Assembly: GCA_951406725.2 (NCBI GenBank)
Contig: OX597823.1
Coordinates: forward strand, 67,270,001 to 67,334,000
DNA length: 64,000 bases
Direction: 5' to 3'
Origin: Octopus vulgaris
Lineage: Eukaryota
In this document: piece by piece, positions 54,393-64,000 of the stretch
Layout: each line of letters starts with the position of its first letter
How positions within the stretch are numbered: position 1 is the stretch's first letter
The notes under the pieces: generated by a model
The model's database searches: none
The model's input: the letters and a program-made list of their open reading frames with translations, nothing else
Told to the model about the DNA's origin: nothing
Position numbers and translations under genes: made by a program

Positions 54393-57300
54393 ATATATAT
54401 AAGTGAACTATTTGATGCATGTATTCTTTTATCAATATCAGCGACTTAATCTAATTCCTCTAATTTTATTCCGTTTCAGTTTCTGCATTCAATTTAAGTC
54501 CATCTGAGAGAGAACGCTCAATTCGACAGAACATTCCAGGTCGAGACTATTCTGAATTATCTCGTCCATCAGAATTAGTTGAAGTTGATGTCGATGTACT
54601 TCTTTATATGGTGAATGAATTGGTAAGTTACATTGTCTTGCGCTATATTTTTGTGAAGTTTTCTTTATGTTGTGTATCATTTACGAAGGTGCACGTGGTA
54701 GAAATGATGAAGCAACTGAGTTAGGCGGATTACAAGTAGAATTTATATTGCATTAGATAGACTTCCTCAGGTGTTTTTGGCCATTCTCAGTACCCTGAGT
54801 TCAAATCCCGTCGAGGTCATATCTACTTCGAATTATCTCAGGATCAATATAGAGGTACCAATATATTGTGATGGTTGAGCCGAGATGTAAGAATACCTTG
54901 AGGTATTCGTTCCGATTTATTGAGCATTGTTTCAAATCCTTCCAAGGTAGAGTTTGCTCTTCAGCCTTTCAGTATCGATTTAAAAACACGTCCTAATTCA
55001 AGGCGGTGAATTAGCGGGACTGAATGCCTTGTGGTATTTGTTCCAACTCTGTAATCTGAGTTCAAATTTCGTCAAGGCCCAGTTTAGAACCAACAACTCA
55101 CATCTTGGGTGACATTATCAGAGTCAATTCTGCCACAAACATTCGGGATATGTCTCCAGTTCAAGACTAGCTTCGTCTGACACTATTGTCAATCTTTGAG
55201 ATACTGTAAAGGACCACGAGCACTCCCTTTTTTTTCTGACAAAACGATTAGAAAATACGTCGCAAAATGTATTTACAACATTTTACGTTCTGATTTCGAA
55301 TCAGATCGAAGTAAGCTTTGTATTTCATCCTTCCTAGATCAACAAAATAAACACCTGTTTAGTCAAGAAGCCGATTTAATTAGCTGTTCCAACTCCCGCC
55401 AAAATTATATTCCGATTTGGATGTCAATACTAGACATTTTTATCATGAAAACTCCATTTTCTATTTTCAAATCCTCCAGTGAATTGTTTCACGTATTCGA
55501 CATCTCTATATATTTTAGACATCTATGTAAATTTGTTACAACGATATTTTTTTGTTTTTCTAGTTGAATATATGTTTTCTAAAACATACATATAGCAAGT
55601 ATAGCTGTATGATTCATCACTTTGCTTCGCTGCCATATGATAGTGGGTGAAATTTCATTGCGTGGAACTTAGGCTGCATAGCTGGAATTTAGTGGTGTGG
55701 GGGAAGATATTGAGTGGTGCTGTGCATGTACGTTGTTACAGAAACATGTATCTATTTGCTTCCGTATATATAACAATATAACTTAGCTATTCTATGAGGG
55801 ATTTTGACAAAAGTTACCAGACCAGGATGATCGATGTAGCCAATGAAGCTTCTAACAACATCAACCAAATTGTACTTAATCACAGGCTACCATCTTCAAA
55901 AATGATGCGTTGGATAATTTGGTCTTCTGTTCAACGCATTTGAGGAAAAGACGGGATGGTTACGTTTGGAATGTCTTTGATCATGAGTTTCTCAACCAAG
56001 GTTAACCTTAAACAAGTATTTAGTATTGACTGATATGGACGACTGAAACTCATGAAAGCGATGCCCCAACATGGTCGCAATTCACAGACTGAAATCAATA
56101 TAAGAGAAAGACAAAGATAGTTATAAAACTTAAATGGACATGGTCCCAAGAAATAGTCAATATATTTACTGGAAACTGTTTCTAATTCTTGACGGAAAAG
56201 TAAAGAAACTTTCAGTCTTTTATTTTGAGTGAAAAACAGCCGATTAAAAAAGGTTTCCCATGTGCAGAAGAGAATTGGAAAAACCGTGTCAATATCACTG
56301 ATTACATACGAGATCATGGATACAGAAGTTAATATGCTATCGAACAACTGTTCTTTTTTTTTCATTTATTCGTACTTTTGCAACCAAGACGATGACACTT
56401 CTAATTATTCTCTTTTTGAAGAAAAGCTAATATCCAAAACGTTGATTTTTCATTCCTCTTCGTAAATCAACTTAACGAATTCTTCAACATATATCCATAT
56501 GGATTTATTTCTCGCTATGCAGATCACTACTACCAGTTTCCTCGAATTCCAGATTTTACCAGATTAGCTCGAATCTCCTCAATGTATATAATGCCACACA
56601 GGGCAACAGATCTGAAATGGACACCTCTCCATCTAGCTGTACATAGATAGGGGAGGACAGAAACAAGTGTTGATTGTAAGCAGTGCCAACATATACATTT
56701 TAAGCATCCTTAGATGACTGCATTGCCGAATGAAAGACGCAACCGACGAAACCTCTATTTGGTTGCTGAGCCAAATGAGATAACCTTTACAAGGTGGTCG
56801 ATCCAATAAGAGAATATCTATGTGGACATTCAACTAAGAAGGGAACCTCTACATGTTTGCTATAATTGCTATAATCTTTCAAAAAATAGCAACCGGATTC
56901 CATTAATCTATACCCTATTGTCTCAGAAATGGCAGAACATATTTGACAACGTAGTCTCCCAGATATACAAAAGGTCAAGATAGTCGAAGGCAGGAAGCCG
57001 TTGATCAAAGTTCTGTTTTATGAGAGCTTATCTGAGACTACATAACAATAACAGTCAAACCAAGGATAGGCTCTCCTAAACTGACTAGTTTAGAACAGTG
57101 CCTACGATACGCAGAGGAATTTGGAAATGATGTATAGAAGCAAATTCTTTGATCATTATAGGATTAATGCGGCTAATTGTGATATTTGAAGTATCAAAGA
57201 TTTACCAACTTGTTAATCTCTAAGCTCTTGGAATTTAATGGATGTTCCAGATTTATTCATTACATAATAGCATGATTTTATTTCGATATATTCTGACGAT

Positions 57301-57748
57301 TCATAATGTTTCAAATATTTCCTGGATAGACAAAACATTTAGGCTCCTTAGTTGTCTTTCTATTTTTCATTTGTTTTGCTTTTGGCTTGTTTGTTTGTTT
57401 TTTGTTTGTTTTTTTGCTTCGTTTTCAGAATTAATCAAATCGTAAGAAATATTTGAAAAATTAATTAAATTCAATATTTCTGCAACAGTTGATTAAACAG
57501 AAGTCATAACAATGCAAATATTAAGAATCAACTGTTTATCAAGATTCTTTTGTAATTACAATAGACAGACAAATAAGATGTGTATATTGTTGTTGTTATT
57601 ACTGCTCTGCTGCTGTTGCAACTGTTGCTGTTACTGTTTTGTTTTTTTGTTGTTGTTCTTCTTCTTTAGCCTCATTTCGAGAAAATCCTTCCAACTTTGA
57701 TAGGTCCGTCATTTTAGGGATATTTAGATCATTTAAAGGAATTAATCA

Positions 57749-57800
<52 letters not shown>

Positions 57801-60410
57801 TGTGTACAGTGCTCAGGTGCACTACAACTCATCTAAAGTGTATATATAATCAGGTGTAGTTTCGGCGGATTTCTACCCATAGAATGACTACCCATAGCCT
57901 TGTTCAGGGTCTTTTTTGACATGTGATAAGGAAAGGAGGAATTTCACTAGCGGCGGCAGTGGAGACGATTTAAAGATGTTACTGGTTACATCTACTTTCG
58001 TACGTAGCATGCAGGGTAACGATATTTGATGTGTCCTCTCCTTTCCCAAGACAGTAGGGAGTGATTTCAGAAAGATTCGATTGCTTTTCTAATAAATCGA
58101 TCCATTATACAGAAGCAAATTTGTTGAACCATGTCAATTCCGTTGGTGTTGTTGTTGCTATTGCTATTGTTGTTGTTGTTGTTGTTGTTGACGATGATGA
58201 TGTTTAGTTAAATCGGCTCTGATCAAAGGTATTTTATCGATGAGCATAGTTATTATATCAAGACTACATTATCTAATTATACCCTTTTGTTTCTCATGTC
58301 CAGTGACAACATAAGGACACCTTCACTCGCTAGACGGATAAGATGTGCTTGTTGTTCTTTTTGTATGTCAATTCTAACCGAACACACCAATGACCAAATA
58401 CATTTTAGTCGTAACCATCCCGTATTTTCCCTATACAGAAAGAGAGGAGGCCTACATTATTCCATATGTCCTTTGGTTATTTTCTAGATGGACGTGAGAT
58501 TTGTTTGCTTTTCTCGCATATCGAACTGTCATCTGTTTGTTTGTTGACTAGCCGGACAAGATGCCGAGATGGCAGCATTTTTTTTTTCAATTTTCAATTT
58601 AATAGAATTAATAAAAATATAAAACCGTCTGGTAGAAACGATAGAGTCTTTGAAGTGTTGCTTTCCAAGGCATAGTTTCTCCTTTCTATGCGAGAATCTC
58701 GAATCCCTACTGAAGTCATAGTTTCGATCTATCCCTTTGGGAGATGCTGTTGTTGCTTTTGCTACTGCTACTGATGCGCTTGTTGTTGGTGGTGTTGTTG
58801 TTGTTGTAGATGTTTAGTCTCAGATCATTCTTGGTCGAGCTGATCTATGATCTGTGAGATCAAATAAAGAAAGAAGTAAAAAAACAGGAATGCAGTGGCT
58901 ACAGAGGCTTTGGCAAAATTAGATCCTGTTTAGGAAAAGGAAAGTTTTCAATAACAACAAAAGTCGAGTTTTAGAGCAACGGTAATTTTAAGGGTAATCA
59001 AAGATGCCAAGAATGAGCAATAGATGCTGAAATTGTGAAAAATTCGATGACATGTGAAATGAAGTGGTAGAGACATATTTATTTATAAAATGTACCTTAT
59101 TATTTCATACAGAGGACATCAATATAATGTCTTAAGAAAGAAATCGTTGGAAAGACTGCAATTTAGAAAATTAAAAGATAGACAAATTTAGCTGTTTGGT
59201 AATATAACACGATGCCATGACACTCTTTCCAATATATGCATAATAAGCAACTACCGATAAAAGAAGTTGTGGTTAAGCCACATAAATGAATAGGCGGGGT
59301 CGAAGATTGTGATAGGCATGATGTTTGCTGAATCCTGGAATACATGTATGGAACCAGTCTCATCTCTTGCTGTGCATGTACGGCCGCCTTAGACTATGAT
59401 TTTCGTTATGTAGGTCACTTTAATTCTTGCAGCATTGTATCTCTTTCTATTAGATATCATTTTATTACCATGTGAACATATGCGGTGAATAACATAAAGC
59501 AGCGATCACGCTTTATTCGAGACAAATTCTTGACTTAGAGGATTAACAGTATTGTAGATTCGTTTAAGTTGTCTTTTTAATATTCTTGAATAGTCATGAA
59601 TAGCATGAACATTTAATCGTTATTTTCTAAAATATATGGCCTTTCTGCCTAGATGGAAAGAAAATAATATCATGCGAGATATTCATATTAATATTCTTAT
59701 GACCATTTTTACTGCCTTAAGTAAAAGATATGATTGATTGGAGCTTTTTCATCAAGGGATCAACTGACATTAAGTTTAAATAATTCTAGTATAGTTGCTT
59801 CTTTCTTCTTTTATATTTTGTTGTTTTTTATTTCACTTCAATACATTCTTCATATTAATATTTAATTTATTTTTTTTATACGAGCAAAGTTGTAGTATAA
59901 GGAAGGCGGTTGTGTAGAATTTCTTCCCGAACAATCGATTCTGTGAAACGTTATCCATAGTTAAACCCAATAAATTAAAGGGTGCAAATGATGACGAAGA
60001 TAACTGGCAAAGATATCTCATCATTTGAATTTTTTTTAATGCTATAGATTTTATGATCGTAATCTTATTCCCCATTTGCAATTCAGAGAAATTATAATAT
60101 TTATTCTAACACAAGGGCACAAATTTGTAGACGCATGGTGTTTGTGCGTGTGTGTGTGTGTGTGTGTCTGTCTGTCTGTGTGTGTGTGTGTGTGTGTGTG
60201 CGTGTGTGTGTGTGTGTGCGTGTGTGTGTGTGTGTGCGTGTGTGTCTGTGTCTGTGTGTCATATCAGTCTTTTAAAGGCTTTCTGAACTCGTTGCTCTAT
60301 AACTATTTACAAAACAAGATGTTTCTATAAAACAATTATATTCACCTCGTCTACCATACTCTCTTAAGTAACCAAATCACAGCAACATGTACTATCCTCT
60401 GTTTATAAAT

Positions 60411-61239
60411 CTAGCAGTAATATCCGTCGTTGATCGGGTAATTACTTGTATTGTTTCTCGGTTCCAGAAGCTAGGAAAAAGGGTATATCATATAGAAGAA
60501 TAGCTTAACGGAATCCAGTTGACTGCGATGGGACTGAAAAGGCTGCAGGTCAAGTGGAACATCCATTTGTCACTGTTCCTTTTGACGTTTGAACAGGCAG
60601 TATGCCAAAAGTGAGATGAAAGATTCAGTTTGAACGTAAATGAAGCTAGAAGAATAGCTATATCATATAGAAGAATAGCTTTACGGAATTCAGGTGGCAG
60701 TGTGATGGCACTGAGATAGCCACAGTTGAAGTGGAAGGCCCATTTGCCACGGTTTCTTTTGACATTTGAATAGGCCGTATGCCCACGGAGAATTGAAAGA
60801 TTCAGTTTAGAATATGAACCAGGGTGAGACTACGACTACAGATTTAGGTTTACTTGTCCTGTATGTGTGAATTACATAAGAGAAAAACATGTAATACTGA
60901 AGTAGAAAGAAGATGGATTTCATACACGAACTTCTGTTTGTTTTTCAAGTTGCAATCCAGCAACTTTTAATGTTTGGCCCTGAGTTTTATTAATGCTCAT
61001 GGCAACATGGCAAAAGAAAGTGGGATAGGAAACTGTAACGGCTAAAATTGGAATGGGATATTAGATGGTATAACTGGTATGCGAGGAACGAAGACGGTGT
61101 CAACTTTACTACAACCAGTAAGAATATCTGCCTTAATGCAGTTCCTCATAGGTTTGTGCACAATTAGTGTTGTACCACTGCATAATCTGGGACAAACAAA
61201 CGAACAAACACACAAACGGACAGAATCTCTCTGTTATAA

Positions 61240-61245
<6 letters not shown>
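60411..61245 (-). mobile_element. Older non-autonomous Helitron with an internal tandem duplication of about 175 bp
   Basis: The 3' end ctagcagtaatatccgtcgttgatcgggt is homologous to the 19672 Helitron end. The 5' end is TCTATTTATAAC...(gttt)n, typical of short Helitrons. Confidence 0.7.
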
Positions 61246-61299
<54 letters not shown>

Positions 61300-62339
61300 A
61301 CTCAGTATCCATGCAGTACCCCAGCATTACCGTGGCCCTGTATCTAAAACAAGTAGAAGGCAGGATAATAACAATGATTAGTAACAGCGACGCCGTATTT
61401 AATACATCTGGAGAGGTTCCCTCGTCGGATACCAACATAGATAATAACAACACTGCCTTCGGGCAGTGTTATCTTCAATTATCTCAAACAGCCTTAACAA
61501 TTATACTCTAACACTGTGAGTATACAAATCAGAGACTACAAATCACAGATGTATAAATCTTCAAATCAACACATAAATAATTAATAAATGCTAATAAATC
61601 AAGTAATGTTAATTTGATACAAAGAAAACCGAAGAAACAAGCTATGACAGCCTCAAGAAAAAAAAACTGACCAACTCAGAAACCATATACACTGATACAT
61701 AAGACGAAGATGAAAACCTACAAGTAAATTATTATTATTATTAATATATTAATTTGTAGAAATTCATTTAAATAAATTAAATACCAAAGCATTTTAAATG
61801 TACTTTTGATTAAAATAACATGGCACGAATTTGCAGAGATGGCGAATAGTGATGCAGATTATATGTATGAATGCATTAATTGGGAGGCTAGAAGATCATT
61901 AGACAGAATAACTCTCACGTGTAAAAAAAATGGACTAGTTTTTGACCCCAAAATCCCAGATGAAGCTAAAGGACCAAAGTCGAAGTAATCATCATTAGCT
62001 AATGAGAGAGAAAGGACAAACAACTTGTATATAAATTTATATACAACCCAACTACACATCATTTATGTAGCCTCATTAAACCAAATGTGCGTTAAATAGT
62101 GATTTCAAATTTTGGCACAAGGCTAACAATTTCGGGCCAAGGGTGAAGTTGATTATATACACCCCAGTACTCAACTGATACTTAATTAATCGACCACGAA
62201 AAGATGAAAAACAAAGTCGACATCGATTGGAGTTGAACTCAGAACGAGCGGGTGGATAAAATGTTGCAAAACATGTTTCTCGGCGGGCTAATGATCCTGT
62301 CAGCTTACTGCCTTAATGTGCGCTAAATATTAGCAATAA

Positions 62340-62701
62340 AAAAAGGAGCACTCCGTCGGTTACAACGATGAGGGTCCCAGCTGATACGATCAACGGAACA
62401 GCTTGCTCGTGGAATTAACGTGCAAGTGGCTGAGCACTCCACAGACACGTGTACCACGTGTACACAGGTTGTGACAAGGCTGGCCCTTTGAAATACAGGT
62501 ACAACTGAAACAGGAAGAAAGAGTGAGAGAAAGTTGCGGTGAAAGAGTACAGCGGGGTTCACCACCACCCCCTGCAGGAGCCTCGTGAAGCTTTAGGCGT
62601 TTTCGCTCAATAAACACTCACAATGCCCGGTCTGGGAATCGAAACCGCGATCCTACGACCGCGAGTCCGCGGCCCTAACCACTGGGCCATTGCGCCTCTA
62701 C
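62340..62701 (-). mobile_element. tRNA-derived SINE family C (probably Ceph-domain type) with RTE/BovB-like tail
   Basis: Head gaggcgcaatggcccagtggttagg...ggtttcgattccc; tail gaccctcatcgttgtaaccgacggagtgc; perfect 12-bp TSD tattagcaataa (62328-62339 and 62702-62713). Confidence 0.88.
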
Positions 62702-64000
62702 TATTAGCAATAATTCATTATCAGTCTTAAACTTAGAATCTACAACTTAATTTTAAACTCCCAATCTACTGCTTAAACGGTTGAAAATATAAGTGGTGTG
62801 TGGAAATTCCAAACCCGGAGTCAACTGAGTAGCCCATCCATGTAAACCATTCGGTTTTAGAAAAAAAAGTGATCATTCTACCACTGTCTATTTGAACATT
62901 GCAGAAACTATGAAGTTAAAAGGTCATTTATTTGTATAAGTGACAAAAATGGTATATTTGCAACAAATATTTTTTTATACAAATATTTCATGTTTCATAA
63001 ATGGTGACTAAACTGTAAAAAAAAAAAGCGTTTATCAGCAAAGCCTATGTTGATGGATAGTTGTGAAGAAGATGCGAAGATTCTAATTATCAAAATATTG
63101 GTGATTTCGTCAGAGAGAAAACAATTCAGTAAATCGAAGTGAAATGGCGGTAGAATAAGCCTACAGGATAAACAAGACATTAGTTCAAGTGATAGTGATG
63201 ATAAAATAGGGGGGCATGAATGTCAGCATGCATAAAAAGATATCAGTATTCAAAGAACTGACGGGGTCAAGTGTATATGTGTATTCCAATGATATTGCAT
63301 TAAATAGCTGACACCAGCCCAACTTACACAAATCTTTATATCTATAAATATGTATATTTATACACAAAAAGATAGCTACATACACGCGTGTATGTGTGTG
63401 TGTGTGTATATGAATGTGTGTATTTGCGCGTGTAGGTATATACATATATCTGATATATGTACATGTTTGTGTGTATGTGTGCACGTATGTGTGAGTTCTA
63501 GACATCACCCAATAAAAATGTTAATGTCTTGTGAGCTATTAAGACTTTTTGGTGACAGTCATATTTGCATATCAAAAACGATTCTTTGATTGTTTCTATT
63601 TTTGTTGTGATTCTTATCATCCATCAAATTAAAAACCGTTTTTATTCTTCAACTGTAATAAAATCGGAAAGTGCAGATGGCTCTGTCGATAGCGTACCGA
63701 ACAACGAACCAAAAGACGAAAGCAACGAGGAAGTATATACAAATCCACTGTAAAATTTAGCAAACGAGAGACTCGATTTAATGAAGATGTCTCCTGGTGG
63801 TCGATCGACCTTGATTGCTTATAACAATGGAATTTTCTTCAAACCAATCCTCACAATCTTTTTTTTATTTCAAATTTACTGATACATTGGATAACGTAAT
63901 TCTAAATATACTGTGTCAGAATAAAAGGAAACGCATTGGTTATGGCTAGAGTAGTTTTGATCAAAGTTATCCTCGGTATATGTAGACACGTATATATATA

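Noticed and set aside
62620-62700. tRNA-like sequence (also the heads of SINE families A and B)
   Set aside because: These are SINE heads attached to bodies, tails and TSDs, not complete tRNA cloverleafs.

Overview
AT-rich, microsatellite-dense eukaryotic DNA made almost entirely of repeats. The SINE families suggest a coleoid cephalopod, probably Octopus (inference). No complete host protein-coding gene is recognisable, and most listed ORFs are translations of (TA)n/(CA)n/(GAT)n tracts. Supported content: R4/Dong-type LINE fragments, CR1-type LINE fragments, one full-length and several decayed or miniature mariner elements, two non-autonomous Helitrons, at least three tRNA-derived SINE families (over 25 full or partial copies), and a 5'-truncated Penelope-like element (C-terminal GIY-YIG) with an inverted pseudo-LTR. 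The most notable signal is a set of hammerhead ribozyme motifs in short elements that mostly sit beside (TA)n tracts. These include a near-canonical type I motif (38463-38513), a U3:A8 core variant (28249-28301), a long-stem-II pair with a compensatory change (10552-10637, 14901-14986), another long-stem-II motif (31607-31689) and a possible circularly permuted pair (14636, 53954). One SINE family also shows apparent GGTA-directed insertion and self-multimerisation. A few exon-like segments (581-723, 7222-7451, about 63.6 kb) are reported at low confidence.
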